Positions 31,983-42,595 of a DNA stretch of 56,734 bases are shown in pieces. This DNA comes from Burkholderiaceae bacterium (GTDB lineage: Bacteria > Pseudomonadota > Gammaproteobacteria > Burkholderiales > Burkholderiaceae_D). Under the pieces are notes generated by a model, which saw only the letters and a list, made by a program, of their open reading frames with translations, was not told the DNA's origin and did no database searches. The stretch lies in NCBI GenBank assembly GCA_031266815.1, contig JAISAG010000131.1, forward strand, positions 1-56,734, given 5' to 3'. Numbering within the stretch: the stretch's first letter is position 1; each line of letters starts with the position of its first letter. A program made the translations under genes and the position numbers.

Positions 31983-32780
31983 ATGAACAGGACAGAGTCG
32001 CTTTTTCAATACACGCGGGGCGGCTGGCACGCAGTTCCCTCGACACACGGGGAAATCCTGCTCGTCGCAGACTCTTTCCACGTGAAAGACGGCATGGCGT
32101 GGGCACCTGAACGCCATGCCAAACGCTTTGTTCAAAGTTGCCACACGCTGTGCGGCGTATCACCCGACCATGCCAGCACTTTCTGGCAAGCCGCCATGGA
32201 ACATATTCCTCAAGTTGGGGTGTGGTTTCCCAGAACGGAATTGGTCAGGCATGGCGCCGACTTTCGGTTGCGGCTCCGCCTTCGCCGCGCACCGCCGCAG
32301 CAAACGACAGCACGCCTCTGGCGCGAGTTGTATCATGACCAGCGCAAGCAGCCGCGACACAAAGGAATCGATTTGCTCCACCTTGTATCACTCAGAGAAT
32401 CCGCTGCACGGTACGGCGCCGACGAAGGACTCCTCTGCACAAACGGAGGCAATCTTTTAGAGGGGCTGACCAGCCGCATTCTGTGGTGGGAAGAAAACGT
32501 GTTGTGCACTACTTCTCCCCGTCAGCGCGTCTTCCCCGGCATCACTGCCGCCCTGATTTGCGAAATAGCGAGGGAAAAGGGAATTCCGGTCACATATCGG
32601 CTTCGCCGTCCCGCAGAGTTGGATGGGTGCGAAACCTGGGTGGTAAACGCCTTTCACGGCATCCGCAGTGCCGTCAACTGGGCGCATGCACCGTGGCGTG
32701 TCCCCGAAAAAGACTCTCGCAGCATCTGGCAGGAAGCGCTGGACATCATGGCACTGCGTCACATCCGCACTGTGTGGTAA
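31983..32780 (+). CDS. Class IV aminotransferase, probable 4-amino-4-deoxychorismate lyase (PabC-like)
   Basis: ADSF, H..RF, PRHKG.DL (candidate PLP Lys), LLEG, PGIT, VNAFHGIR; 13 bp after pabAB. Confidence 0.75.
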   Translation: MNRTESLFQYTRGGWHAVPSTHGEILLVADSFHVKDGMAWAPERHAKRFVQSCHTLCGVSPDHASTFWQAAMEHIPQVGVWFPRTELVRHGADFRLRLRLRRAPPQQTTARLWRELYHDQRKQPRHKGIDLLHLVSLRESAARYGADEGLLCTNGGNLLEGLTSRILWWEENVLCTTSPRQRVFPGITAALICEIAREKGIPVTYRLRRPAELDGCETWVVNAFHGIRSAVNWAHAPWRVPEKDSRSIWQEALDIMALRHIRTVW

Positions 32781-32792
32781 GCAGCGACAGAA

Positions 32793-34145
32793 TCAGTTGC
32801 CCGCGACGGTCATTTCCTCAATCAGGACGGAACCTGTTTCGTTGCCATAACGAATGAAGGTATCCGCCCCAATCGCCGCAATCCCACGGTACATCTCCTT
32901 CAGGTTTCCCGCTATCGTAATTTCCTGAACGGGGTATTGTATGCGCCCGTTCTCAACCCAATAGCCAGATGCCCCTCGGGAATAATCGCCCGTGACATAA
33001 TTGACCCCCTGCCCCATCAGATCGGTCACAAAAAGCCCTCTGTCCAGTTTCCCCAGCATCGCGTCCAGGTCATCGTCCGATTTTGTTTCTGACGAGAAGA
33101 AGGAGAGGTTGTGCGCTCCCCCCGCGTTTCCGGTCGTCTGTAATCCCAATTTGCGCGCCGAATAGGAAGAAAGAAAGTATCCTTCGACAATACCGCGTTG
33201 CACGACATGACGTCTGCCTGTCTGTACGCCTTCGTCGTCAAAGGGAGCCGAGGCAATGCCGCAGGTGATATGCGGGTCTTCCAGCAGGTAAATATGCGCG
33301 GGGAAAATGGGTTGCCCCAGCGAATCCGGCAAAAAGCTGGATTGACGGTACAAGGCGCCACCGGACAAGGCATTTACCAGTGTATTCACCAAACCGGCGG
33401 CAAGCGGTGCTTCCAGTAAAACAGGGCATTTCTGCGTTTCAATCCGGCGGGCTCCCAGACGCGCCAGCGCGCGCTCTGCGGCACGTCTGCCCACAAACTC
33501 CGGCGCCAGCAGTTCTTCCGGTACACGGGATGACGTGTACCAGTGATCCCGCTGCATCCCAGCGCCTTCCCCCGCAATGGGCGCAACCGAAATCGTGTGG
33601 CGCGAAGAGGGGTACCCGCCAATGAACCCCTGCGAATCCGCCATCACAAAGCGGGTGTGATGGATATCAACGGAAGCCCCTTCGCTGTTGGTAATCTTCG
33701 AGTCCATTGCAAACGCGGCCGACTCGCATCGCACGGCAATGTCAACGGCTTCCTCTGCCGTGATGCGCCAGGGATGATACAGTTGCAGGTCGGGAGGGTG
33801 CTGCGCCATCCTGTCCGCATCCGGCAACCCGGCGCTGCTGTCTTCCGCAGTAAACGAAGCAATGTTGTATGCGGCATGTACGGTTTCACGAATGGATTTT
33901 TCGGAAAAATCGGATGATGTCGCATTCCCCCTCTTTTTCCCGATATAAAGCGTGACGCCAACACCTTTGTCACGATTGTGCTCAATCGTTTCGATCTCCC
34001 CTTTTCGCACGCTCACCGCCAGTCCGCTTCCATCGCTGACAGCGGCAACGGCACTGCTTGCTCCTCTTTCTTTCGCATACCGCAACACCTCTGCGGCAAT
34101 CTGCTTTAATTCATCTTCAGTGTGGGTAAAAACAGAATCGCCCAT
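32793..34145 (-). CDS. pmbA: Metalloprotease PmbA (TldE)
   Basis: MQRDHWY, PFDDEGV, YSARKLG, GQGVNYVTGDYSRGASG, EITIAGNL. Confidence 0.95.
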   Translation of the reverse strand: MGDSVFTHTEDELKQIAAEVLRYAKERGASSAVAAVSDGSGLAVSVRKGEIETIEHNRDKGVGVTLYIGKKRGNATSSDFSEKSIRETVHAAYNIASFTAEDSSAGLPDADRMAQHPPDLQLYHPWRITAEEAVDIAVRCESAAFAMDSKITNSEGASVDIHHTRFVMADSQGFIGGYPSSRHTISVAPIAGEGAGMQRDHWYTSSRVPEELLAPEFVGRRAAERALARLGARRIETQKCPVLLEAPLAAGLVNTLVNALSGGALYRQSSFLPDSLGQPIFPAHIYLLEDPHITCGIASAPFDDEGVQTGRRHVVQRGIVEGYFLSSYSARKLGLQTTGNAGGAHNLSFFSSETKSDDDLDAMLGKLDRGLFVTDLMGQGVNYVTGDYSRGASGYWVENGRIQYPVQEITIAGNLKEMYRGIAAIGADTFIRYGNETGSVLIEEMTVAGN

Positions 34146-34243
34146 GGTACGCTCCCCGTCTGTCCGAATGGCTGCACATCGGCGCAAGGAAACCGAGCAC
34201 CATCCGTTCCTCGCGCCAGAGGCATATTACACGTTTTGTCTGT

Positions 34244-34272
34244 TTGACGCTGGCGATTGATTTCGTTATGCT
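34244..34272 (+). promoter_or_regulatory. Sigma70 promoter of metXW
   Basis: TTGACG-N17-TATGCT immediately 5' of the SAM-II aptamer. Confidence 0.7.
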
Positions 34273-34281
34273 AGCGGGAGC

Positions 34282-34348
34282 GGCGCCGATTTGAACAAGA
34301 CAGCTTGCGGGCGCACGGGGTTTCCCGAAATAAATACGGCTAAAGCGC
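34282..34348 (+). promoter_or_regulatory. SAM-II riboswitch aptamer
   Basis: P1 GCGCC/GGCGC, GATTTG loop, GCTTGC pairing with GC..AAGC in ATAAATACGGCTAAAGCG (pseudoknot); lies upstream of metX, a known SAM-II context. Confidence 0.85.
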
Positions 34349-34435
34349 TTTTTCAAAGCCCGCCAGCCTGATGCTTTCGGGCTTTTGACTTTGGTAAGCA
34401 AGAAGGAACCGGCTTTCTGCCTGACGCATACGCAA

Positions 34436-35578
34436 ATGAATTCTGTTGGCCTCGTCACTGCCCGATCCATGCATTTCAACGACCCTCTGACACTGCAAAG
34501 CGGCGCGGTGATAGGAGACTATACGCTGATCTATGAAACCTACGGCGAACTGAACGCGGACAAATCCAACGCCGTACTGATATGCCACGCCTTAAACGCC
34601 TCTCACCATGTCGCCGGATACTATGCGGACCAGCCACAAAACATTGGCTGGTGGGACAATATGGTCGGTCCGGGAAAGCCCGTGGACACCACCCGTTTTT
34701 TTGTCATTGGCATCAATAATATCGGCTCCTGCTTTGGCTCAACGGGTCCCATGCACACCAACCCTGCGACCGGGAAACCCTACGGGCACCATTTCCCTCT
34801 GGTGACAGTGGAAGACTGGGTAAGGGCGCAGTCCCTGCTCGCGGACAAATTGGGCATTTACCGATTCGCTGCGGTTATGGGCGGCTCGCTGGGCGGCATG
34901 CAAGCGCTGGCATGGAGCATGATGTTTCCCGAACGGCTGGCGCATTGCGTCGCTATTGCGTCAACCGCCAAGCTGACCGCACAAAATATCGCTTTTAATG
35001 ACGTTGCGCGCCAGGCCATTCTGACCGATCCGGATTTTCATGAAGGGCACTTTTATGAGCACGGCGTTGTCCCCGTTAATGGGCTGCGCGTCGCGCGGAT
35101 GATAGGCCACATTACTTACCTGTCCAACACGGACATGTCCGAAAAATTCGGGCGGGAATTGCGCATGGGGCAATATCAGTTCGGCTTCGGCGTCGAGTTC
35201 GAAATCGAATCCTATCTGCACTATCAGGGAGAGAAATTCTCGTCCTACTTCGACGCGAACACCTATCTGCTGATCACGCGCGCACTGGACTACTTTGACC
35301 CTGCCGCCCCCTATGGCGGCGATCTGACACGCGCTTTTGCCAACGCACAATCCGCCTTTTTGCTGGTATCGTTTACGACCGACTGGCGGTTCCCCCCCGA
35401 ATCCACGCGCGCCATTGTGCAGGCACTCATCAATAATCGGCGACAGATTTCCTGTGCGGAAATAGATGCCCCGCACGGTCACGATGCCTTTTTGCTGGAT
35501 GACAAGCGGTATCACGACCTGATTCGCGCTTACTTTGACCGAATCTGGTTCGATACGTTCAAACGGGAAGCATCGTGA
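34436..35578 (+). CDS. metX: Homoserine O-acyltransferase MetX
   Basis: [47 protein letters not shown]. Confidence 0.95.
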   Translation: MNSVGLVTARSMHFNDPLTLQSGAVIGDYTLIYETYGELNADKSNAVLICHALNASHHVAGYYADQPQNIGWWDNMVGPGKPVDTTRFFVIGINNIGSCFGSTGPMHTNPATGKPYGHHFPLVTVEDWVRAQSLLADKLGIYRFAAVMGGSLGGMQALAWSMMFPERLAHCVAIASTAKLTAQNIAFNDVARQAILTDPDFHEGHFYEHGVVPVNGLRVARMIGHITYLSNTDMSEKFGRELRMGQYQFGFGVEFEIESYLHYQGEKFSSYFDANTYLLITRALDYFDPAAPYGGDLTRAFANAQSAFLLVSFTTDWRFPPESTRAIVQALINNRRQISCAEIDAPHGHDAFLLDDKRYHDLIRAYFDRIWFDTFKREAS

Positions 35579-36192
35579 CGACGCAAAAACTACGGGAGTT
35601 GCGCGCAGACCTGGCTTTCATCGCGCACTGGGTTCCAGAAAAGGCGCATGTGCTTGACCTGGGTTGCGGGGACGGCGCCATGCTGGAGCACTTGCAGTTG
35701 TCAAAATCCTGTACGGGATACGGCATTGAGATTGACGATGCAAAAATTCCCGGCTGCGTACAGCGGGGTGTTGCTGTAATACAGCAGGATATGGAAAAAG
35801 GGCTGGGGCTTTTCCCTGATAAGGCCTTTGACACCGTGCTGTGCCTTTCCGCGCTGCAAATGATGCGCAATGTGGAAGATCTGCTGCGTGATGTCGCCAG
35901 AGTCGGAAACGAAGCCATTGTTTCTTTTCCAAACTTTGCGCATTGGCAAAATCGCCTGATACTGTTGACTGGACGTATGCCTGTCACAAAAACCATGCCA
36001 TATGAGTGGTACGAAACGCCCAACCTGCGCTGCGCCACCATTGACGATTTCGGAACAGTCGCCGACAAGGTGGGGCTTACTGTCACGGATTGTGTCGCGC
36101 TCCACCATGGCAAACCCGTCTCTTTTTTGCGAAAGTGGCGCGGCAGTCTCGCCGTTTTTCGTCTCAAAAAGCGTCCCGCCAGCGGAGCATAG
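35575..36192 (+). CDS. metW: Methionine biosynthesis protein MetW
   Basis: [38 protein letters not shown]; overlaps the metX stop. Confidence 0.93.
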   Translation: MTTQKLRELRADLAFIAHWVPEKAHVLDLGCGDGAMLEHLQLSKSCTGYGIEIDDAKIPGCVQRGVAVIQQDMEKGLGLFPDKAFDTVLCLSALQMMRNVEDLLRDVARVGNEAIVSFPNFAHWQNRLILLTGRMPVTKTMPYEWYETPNLRCATIDDFGTVADKVGLTVTDCVALHHGKPVSFLRKWRGSLAVFRLKKRPASGA

Positions 36193-37467
36193 ATGAAAAA
36201 TCGCCACATCTGGCACGGTGCGTTGGTAAAACGCATGACCATATGCGTTTTTATTGGTTTTTCTTCCGGATTGCCTCTCTTTGTCCTGCTCAATCTCCTG
36301 CAGGCATGGCTCGCCCGCTCGGGCCTGGATATCAAGGCGCTGGGACTTTTCGCACTGGTAATGTTCCCCTATACGTGGAAATTTCTGTGGTCGCCCCTAA
36401 TGGATCGCTTCAATCTGTGCGGTATGGGACGACGCAGGGGATGGATGGCAATCTCGCAGCTTGCCCTCCTTGTCTCCATCGGCGTCATGGGGATGCTGGA
36501 TCCGCTTGCTCACCTTCCCGCAATTGGCGCACTGACGACATTGGTCGCCTTCCTTTCTTCCAGTCAGGATATTGCCATTGACGCCTATCGCAGAGAGTTG
36601 CTGCCGGATGTGGAGCAGGGACTGGGCAGCGCGGTCCATGTCAACGCCTACCGCATTGCCGGGTTGATTCCGGGCTCCCTGTCGCTGATACTGGCAGACA
36701 TGCTCAGTTGGCAGAGCGTTTTCTGGATAACATCCTTCTTCATGCTGCCGGGGCTTGTCTGCACCCTGCTGATCAGGGAACCCGATGTCTATGGCTCTCC
36801 TCCCCGCAGCATCCGGGAGGCCGTCATCCTCCCATTTTCCGAATTCATTTTCCGCTCCGGCTGGAAGAATGCGCTGCTCATTCTCTCCTTCATTTTCCTC
36901 TACAAGTTGGGAGACAGCCTGGCCACGGCGCTGGCGACCAAATTCTATCTGGATGTCGGATTCAGCATGACCCAGATAGGCATCATAGCCAAAACAACCG
37001 GATTATGGGCAAGTCTGGCGGGAGGGCTGTTGGGCGGCATCTGGATGATACGCATCGGCATCAATCGCTCTCTGTGGCTCTATGGCGTCGTCCAGGCCGT
37101 ATCCATCCTGGGATTTTCACTGTTGTCATTGTGGGGAGCAGATCCGGTAATGCTGGCACTGGTTATCGGGTTCGAAGCCTTGGGCGTCGGGCTGGGAACA
37201 GCGGCATTTGTGGCATACATTGCCCACATGACGGACAAACGGTTCAGCGCCACCCAATTTGCCCTTTTCACCAGCCTGGCCGCCGTTCCGAGGACCTTCA
37301 TCAACGCCTCTGCCGGATACATTGTGGACTACACCGGCTGGTTTATGTTTTTCAATCTGTGTTTCGTACTCGCCCTGCCGGGCATGGTCTTGCTACTGAA
37401 AGTAGCACCGTGGCATCGCACCAGCAACGACACTTTCGCACTTGAGGCTGGCAGGGAACGCACGTAG
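36193..37467 (+). CDS. ampG: AmpG-family MFS muropeptide permease
   Basis: GFSSGLP, PYTWKFLWSPLMDR, GRRRGW, QDIAIDAYR, YKLGD, ATQFALFTSL. Confidence 0.85.
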   Translation: MKNRHIWHGALVKRMTICVFIGFSSGLPLFVLLNLLQAWLARSGLDIKALGLFALVMFPYTWKFLWSPLMDRFNLCGMGRRRGWMAISQLALLVSIGVMGMLDPLAHLPAIGALTTLVAFLSSSQDIAIDAYRRELLPDVEQGLGSAVHVNAYRIAGLIPGSLSLILADMLSWQSVFWITSFFMLPGLVCTLLIREPDVYGSPPRSIREAVILPFSEFIFRSGWKNALLILSFIFLYKLGDSLATALATKFYLDVGFSMTQIGIIAKTTGLWASLAGGLLGGIWMIRIGINRSLWLYGVVQAVSILGFSLLSLWGADPVMLALVIGFEALGVGLGTAAFVAYIAHMTDKRFSATQFALFTSLAAVPRTFINASAGYIVDYTGWFMFFNLCFVLALPGMVLLLKVAPWHRTSNDTFALEAGRERT

Positions 37468-37499
37468 AAAGACCTTGCAGTGATACGGCAAGTGTCATT

Positions 37500-38288
37500 T
37501 CACGCCAGGCAAGGCACATCGTAGCGAATAATCAAAGGGGCATGATCCGAGAAACGGATATCCTTGTAAACCATTGCAAGCACCGCTTTTGATGCGATTC
37601 CCCTGGTTGCCACCTGATAATCAATCCGCCACCCCACATTGTTGGCATACGCCTGTCCCCGGTTGCTCCACCAGGTATAGGCGCTTTCCATCTCGTTCGG
37701 GTGAATCTGTCTATACACATCCACCCAGCCCAATTTGTCGAAAATATGCGACATCCACGCACGCTCTTCCGGCAAAAAACCTGAATTTTTTCGGTTGCTC
37801 TTCCAGTTTTTGAGGTCTATTTCCCGGTGCGCCACATTCCAGTCGCCGCAGATAATCACATCGCGCGCGCTCGCCGCCAATTCTTCCAGATGGGGAAGAA
37901 AAACATCCATAAAGCGGAATTTTGCCTGCTGCCGCTCATCGGATGAAGAGCCGGAGGGGACATAAAGCGAAATAATGCTGGTATTCCCGTAATCACACCG
38001 GATGTAGCGCCCTTCCGCATCAAACTCTTCCGAGCCAAATCCGTTCCACACCCGATCTGGATTGACCTTGCTGTAAAGCCCAACACCGGAATAGCCTTTT
38101 TTTACCGCAAAATCAAAGAAAGCCTGGTAAGTCCCCGGATGGGTCATGCTGTGAGTGATATCGGCAAACTGTGCCCGGGTCTCCTGGACACATACCACAT
38201 CCGCAGATTGTTGCTGCAACCAGTCAAAAAAGCCTTTTCTTGCCGCCGAACGAATCCCGTTGAGATTGATTGAAACAATGGTAATCAT
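37500..38288 (-). CDS. xth: Exodeoxyribonuclease III
   Basis: NLNGIRS, CVQET, KKGYSGV, YVPSG, CGDWN, YTWWSNRG, GWRIDY, SDHAP. Confidence 0.95.
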   Translation of the reverse strand: MITIVSINLNGIRSAARKGFFDWLQQQSADVVCVQETRAQFADITHSMTHPGTYQAFFDFAVKKGYSGVGLYSKVNPDRVWNGFGSEEFDAEGRYIRCDYGNTSIISLYVPSGSSSDERQQAKFRFMDVFLPHLEELAASARDVIICGDWNVAHREIDLKNWKSNRKNSGFLPEERAWMSHIFDKLGWVDVYRQIHPNEMESAYTWWSNRGQAYANNVGWRIDYQVATRGIASKAVLAMVYKDIRFSDHAPLIIRYDVPCLA

Positions 38289-38395
38289 TTTGTCCCCAGA
38301 AAGTGACGTTGCGTTTGCTCTTCCAGAGAGAAAATCCGGGCTCTCCCGCAAATCGGGATACAATGGCGCTTTCAATCCTGATTGCAAACGAAACG

Positions 38396-39061
38396 ATGGT
38401 CGGAGCGAACCTGCGGGAAGATTTTATCCGATTCGCATTGGATACGGGTGTCTTGCGTTTCGGAGAATTCCTCACCAAGGCGGGGCGCAAAACCCCCTAC
38501 TTTTTTAATGCGGGGCTATTTAATGATGGGCAATCGCTGGGGCGACTCGCGGACTTTTATGCCAAAACCCTTCTGGATGCGGGAACAGAATTCGACATGC
38601 TGTTCGGTCCGGCCTACAAGGGAATTCCGCTGGTTGCCGCCGTTGCCATGGCGCTGTCCAATCGGGGACGCAACGTCCCTTTCGCGTACAATCGCAAGGA
38701 GATCAAGGATCATGGGGAGGGGGGCTCGCTTATCGGCGCTCCGCTAAAGGGGCGGGTGGTCATTGTTGATGACGTGATTTCCGCCGGAACTTCCGTCAAC
38801 GAGTCGGTCAATGTCATCCACGCCGTTTCGGCAAAACCCGTTGCCGTTCTGATCGCTCTGGACAGGATGGAACGCTCCGGCAAGGAAGGGCACCTGTCAC
38901 CCCATTCCGCCGTGCAAGAAGTCCAGCAAACCCACCGGATACCCGTCCTCTCCATCGCCAACCTGGACGATTTGCTGCACTACCTGTCGCTGGAGGGAAA
39001 TACGTCACTGTCGCAATACCGTCCCGCCGTGGAAGCATACCGCCAGCATTACGGCGCATAA
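38396..39061 (+). CDS. pyrE: Orotate phosphoribosyltransferase
   Basis: LRFGEF.TKAGR..PYFFNAG, FGPAYKGIP, NRKEIKDHGEGG, VDDVISAGT. Confidence 0.96.
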   Translation: MVGANLREDFIRFALDTGVLRFGEFLTKAGRKTPYFFNAGLFNDGQSLGRLADFYAKTLLDAGTEFDMLFGPAYKGIPLVAAVAMALSNRGRNVPFAYNRKEIKDHGEGGSLIGAPLKGRVVIVDDVISAGTSVNESVNVIHAVSAKPVAVLIALDRMERSGKEGHLSPHSAVQEVQQTHRIPVLSIANLDDLLHYLSLEGNTSLSQYRPAVEAYRQHYGA

Positions 39062-39086
39062 CCCCCTCTATACCCCGACGACCCGC

Positions 39087-39803
39087 ATGTCGAACCGTAT
39101 CACGCATCCACCTGAGAACGCGTCTCCATCGGAGGCGAAAGGGCGACGGATCCGCAGTTTTGTTACCCGGGCAGGACGCGTCACACCCGCGCAACAGCGC
39201 GCACTGGACGAGTATGCCCCTCTCTTCTGCATCCCTTTTTCCTCATCGCCTCCACGCTTTCAGAATTATTTTGGACAAGAGGCAGACCTGATCATGGAAA
39301 TTGGTTTTGGCATGGGCGAAACCACCGCGCAGATTGCAGAGTCCATACCGGATAAAAATTTTTTGGCAGTGGATGTACACTCTCCCGGCGTGGGAAGCCT
39401 GCTCAAACAAATAGGCGAGCGCAGCCTTGAAAACGTCCGCATCATCCAGCATGATGCGGTGGACGTGCTAACCCACATGATTTCCCCGTCATCTCTATAC
39501 GCCGCCCACCTTTTTTTTCCCGACCCCTGGCAAAAGGCGCGTCACCACAAACGCAGGCTGATCCAGCCGCCATTCGTGCAACTGCTTACATCCCGCATCC
39601 GGTCGGGGGGCTACGTTCACTGTGCAACGGATTGGGAACACTACGCGCTGCAGATGCTGACGGTGCTGGAAGGAGAACCCTTCCTTGAAAACACAAGCAA
39701 CGGGTTCACACCCCGACCGCACTACCGTCCCGAAACCAAGTACGAAAAACGAGGAAAACGACTCGGTCACAGCGTATGGGACCTGGTATTTGCGTGCCGG
39801 TAG
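39087..39803 (+). CDS. trmB: tRNA (guanine-N7)-methyltransferase
   Basis: IRSFVTRAGR, EIGFGMG, FFPDPW, HHKRRL, ATDWEHY, TKYE.RG. Confidence 0.95.
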   Translation: MSNRITHPPENASPSEAKGRRIRSFVTRAGRVTPAQQRALDEYAPLFCIPFSSSPPRFQNYFGQEADLIMEIGFGMGETTAQIAESIPDKNFLAVDVHSPGVGSLLKQIGERSLENVRIIQHDAVDVLTHMISPSSLYAAHLFFPDPWQKARHHKRRLIQPPFVQLLTSRIRSGGYVHCATDWEHYALQMLTVLEGEPFLENTSNGFTPRPHYRPETKYEKRGKRLGHSVWDLVFACR

Positions 39804-39870
39804 CACGCGTTTCGCTCGCCGGACTGCTCCTCCCCGACAGACTCACCGCTATCGGGGAGGCCACTCGTCC

Positions 39871-41997
39871 TCAATTGACGGAAAGGGCTTCCGGCGCCTC
39901 AACAGGTACGGCTTTCATGGAGAGTTTGATGCGCCCTCTCTCATCCATCTCAATCACTTTCACGCGAATCTGCTGCCCTTCTTCCAGATAATCCGTCACC
40001 GCATTGACACGCTCTGCCGCAATCTGGCTGATGTGAAGCAGACCATCCTTCCCTGGCAACACCTGGACTATCGCGCCAAAATCAAGCAGTTTCAGCACTG
40101 TCCCGTCATAGGTCTTGCCTATTTCGACAGACGCTGTCAGTTCTTCTATGCGCCGCTTTGCCTCTTCACCCGCAGAGGACGAAACCGAGGCAATGGTCAC
40201 AACACCGTCGTCTGTGATATCAATCTGTGTCCCTGTTTCCTCTGTCAGGGCACGAATAACCGCACCGCCTTTTCCGATGACATCCCTGATCTTTTCCGGA
40301 TTGATTTTTATCGTAATCATGCGGGGCGCAAACGTGGACAGTTCTGTTCTGAACTGCGGTATGACAGACTGCATTTTTTCGAGGATATGCAAACGTCCCT
40401 CCTTTGCCTGTGCCAGCGCAACCTGCATAATTTCCTTCGTAATACCCTGTATCTTGATGTCCATCTGCAGGGCGGTAACCCCTGTCACGGTCCCTGCCAC
40501 CTTGAAATCCATGTCGCCCAAATGATCTTCATCCCCCAGAATGTCGGTCAACACGGCAAATTTGCCGCCGTCCTTGATCAATCCCATAGCGATACCGGCA
40601 ACGTGTGTCTTGATGGGAACACCCGCATCCATCAAGGCCAGGCTACCCCCACAGACAGACGCCATTGACGAGGAGCCATTGGATTCCGTGATTTCCGAAA
40701 CCAGTCTGATAGAGTAGGAAAATTCGTCTTGCGAAGGCAACACGGAAAACAACCCGCGTTTTGCCAGGCGCCCATGCCCGATTTCCCTGCGTTTCGGAGA
40801 ACCGACCCGTCCTGTTTCGCCCGTGGCAAACGGCGGCATGTTGTAGTGCATCATGAAAGCATCGCTGTACTCTCCCGTCAATGCGTCAATCCTCTGATTG
40901 TCACGCGCCGTACCCAATGTGGCCACGACCAGTGCTTGTGTTTCCCCGCGCGTAAAAAGAGCGGAGCCGTGCGTGCGAGGCAAAACGCCCGTTCGAATTT
41001 CGATGGGTCGTACTGTCCGCGTATCGCGTCCATCAATACGCGGCTCTCCATCCAGGATCTGCGAGCGGACGATTCGGGATTCCAGACCAAACAGGACATT
41101 GCCAACCTCAACCGAATCCGGCACGGCTTCGCCGCGTTGCTCTGCATCTGCCGCCAGTGTGCTGCGCACCGTTTCGTATGCCTGGCGAAGATGTGCCGTA
41201 CGGGACTGTTTCTGACGAACCTGATATGCGGCGCGCAAAAGAGGCTCTGCCACGTGGGTCACTCTGTCAATCAATGCCGAATTCGGAAGTGGCGCTGACC
41301 ACGCTATTTCCGGTCTTCCGCCCTCATCCACCAAATCGTCAATGGCACGGACGACCGCCTGCATCTGCTCGTGGCCAAACATGATCGCCCCCAGCATCAC
41401 GTCCTCCGACAGTTCCTGGGCATCCGATTCCACCATCAGAACGGCCTGTTCCGTCCCCGCCACCACCAAGTCCAACAAGGAGATTGCCAACTGCGACGAG
41501 GTCGGATTTAACACGTACCGGCCATCAATGTATCCAACGCGCGCCGCTCCCAGTGGACCGTTAAAGGGGATGCCGGACACACTCAAAGCAGCAGAAGCCG
41601 CAATGATTGAAACGATGTCCGGATCTATTTCCGGATCGACCGACAGAACGTGGATGATGACCTGCACCTCGTTAAAATAAGCATCGGGGAAAAGGGGGCG
41701 AACGGGACGATCAATCAACCGGGAAGTCAGCGTTTCCTTCTCGGAGGGTCTTCCCTCTCGCTTGAAAAACCCCCCCGGAATACGACCTGCAGCATAGCTC
41801 TTTTCAATGTAATCCACTGTCAGCGGGAGAAAATCCTGACCGGAGCGCACTTCGTCTTGCGCAACAACGGTCGCCAGTACCACCGTATCGCCCATGGATG
41901 CCAGTACGGCCCCTGTCGCCTGACGAGCTATCTCGCCTGTTTCCAATGTGAGCGTGTGCTGTCCATACTGGAGCGTTTTCGTTACTTTATGAAACAT
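39871..41997 (-). CDS. pnp: Polyribonucleotide nucleotidyltransferase
   Basis: [54 protein letters not shown] and S1 domains; GAAAGGA RBS. Confidence 0.97.
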   Translation of the reverse strand: MFHKVTKTLQYGQHTLTLETGEIARQATGAVLASMGDTVVLATVVAQDEVRSGQDFLPLTVDYIEKSYAAGRIPGGFFKREGRPSEKETLTSRLIDRPVRPLFPDAYFNEVQVIIHVLSVDPEIDPDIVSIIAASAALSVSGIPFNGPLGAARVGYIDGRYVLNPTSSQLAISLLDLVVAGTEQAVLMVESDAQELSEDVMLGAIMFGHEQMQAVVRAIDDLVDEGGRPEIAWSAPLPNSALIDRVTHVAEPLLRAAYQVRQKQSRTAHLRQAYETVRSTLAADAEQRGEAVPDSVEVGNVLFGLESRIVRSQILDGEPRIDGRDTRTVRPIEIRTGVLPRTHGSALFTRGETQALVVATLGTARDNQRIDALTGEYSDAFMMHYNMPPFATGETGRVGSPKRREIGHGRLAKRGLFSVLPSQDEFSYSIRLVSEITESNGSSSMASVCGGSLALMDAGVPIKTHVAGIAMGLIKDGGKFAVLTDILGDEDHLGDMDFKVAGTVTGVTALQMDIKIQGITKEIMQVALAQAKEGRLHILEKMQSVIPQFRTELSTFAPRMITIKINPEKIRDVIGKGGAVIRALTEETGTQIDITDDGVVTIASVSSSAGEEAKRRIEELTASVEIGKTYDGTVLKLLDFGAIVQVLPGKDGLLHISQIAAERVNAVTDYLEEGQQIRVKVIEMDERGRIKLSMKAVPVEAPEALSVN

Positions 41998-42128
41998 GTT
42001 ATTCCTTTCAAAAACCGGTAAACTTTCGGACGTCATCGCTCATCACCCGGGGAAATCCGAAAATGTTCCGTTTCCCCATCGCCCGCGCAACACCCACCCG
42101 CAGCGTCATCGAACAAGGGCGCCATAAA

Positions 42129-42168
42129 CAACAATGCCCGCGGCGAGAATCTGGCGCAGGCATTGTTG
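42129..42168 (-). terminator. Hairpin between rpsO and pnp (terminator or processing stem)
   Basis: CAACAATGCC...GGCATTGTTG stem followed by a T-rich run on the minus strand. Confidence 0.6.
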
Positions 42169-42189
42169 TAACGAGCCGCAGTCACGGGT

Positions 42190-42459
42190 TTATTTACGTA
42201 AACCCAGCTTCGCAATCAAGTTGCGATAGCGATTGGCATCCTTTTTACGGAGATATTTCAGCATATCCCTGCGGCGATTCACCATCATCAGCAAACCACG
42301 ACGGGAATGATGATCTTTCTCGTGTACCTTGAAATGCCCCTGCAAATCATTTATACGCGCGGTCAAAAGCGCAATCTGCACCTCGGGAGACCCTGTGTCA
42401 TTCTTGCCTCGGGCATTCTCCGCCACGATAGCAGCCTTGCTTTCCTTTGCTATTGCCAT
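42190..42459 (-). CDS. rpsO: 30S ribosomal protein uS15
   Basis: [28 protein letters not shown]. Confidence 0.98.
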   Translation of the reverse strand: MAIAKESKAAIVAENARGKNDTGSPEVQIALLTARINDLQGHFKVHEKDHHSRRGLLMMVNRRRDMLKYLRKKDANRYRNLIAKLGLRK

Positions 42460-42595
42460 AACAGCACTTTCCTTTCACTTGCGGCGAGCGGAGTCGGAAC
42501 CCCATACGCCGTGATTAACCATATCATGATCCACCTCGATCAGCCGCGCAGTGTAACACAATTAAACACAAAAGTGTTTTGCAGAGGGACGGGTA

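Noticed and set aside
27615-32780. Intact ssrA-integrated genomic island including pabAB
   Set aside because: No integrase or att duplication seen, and a core rlmL-like gene lies inside the interval
39685-40668. 327-aa ORF antisense to pnp
   Set aside because: Shadow ORF of a highly conserved gene
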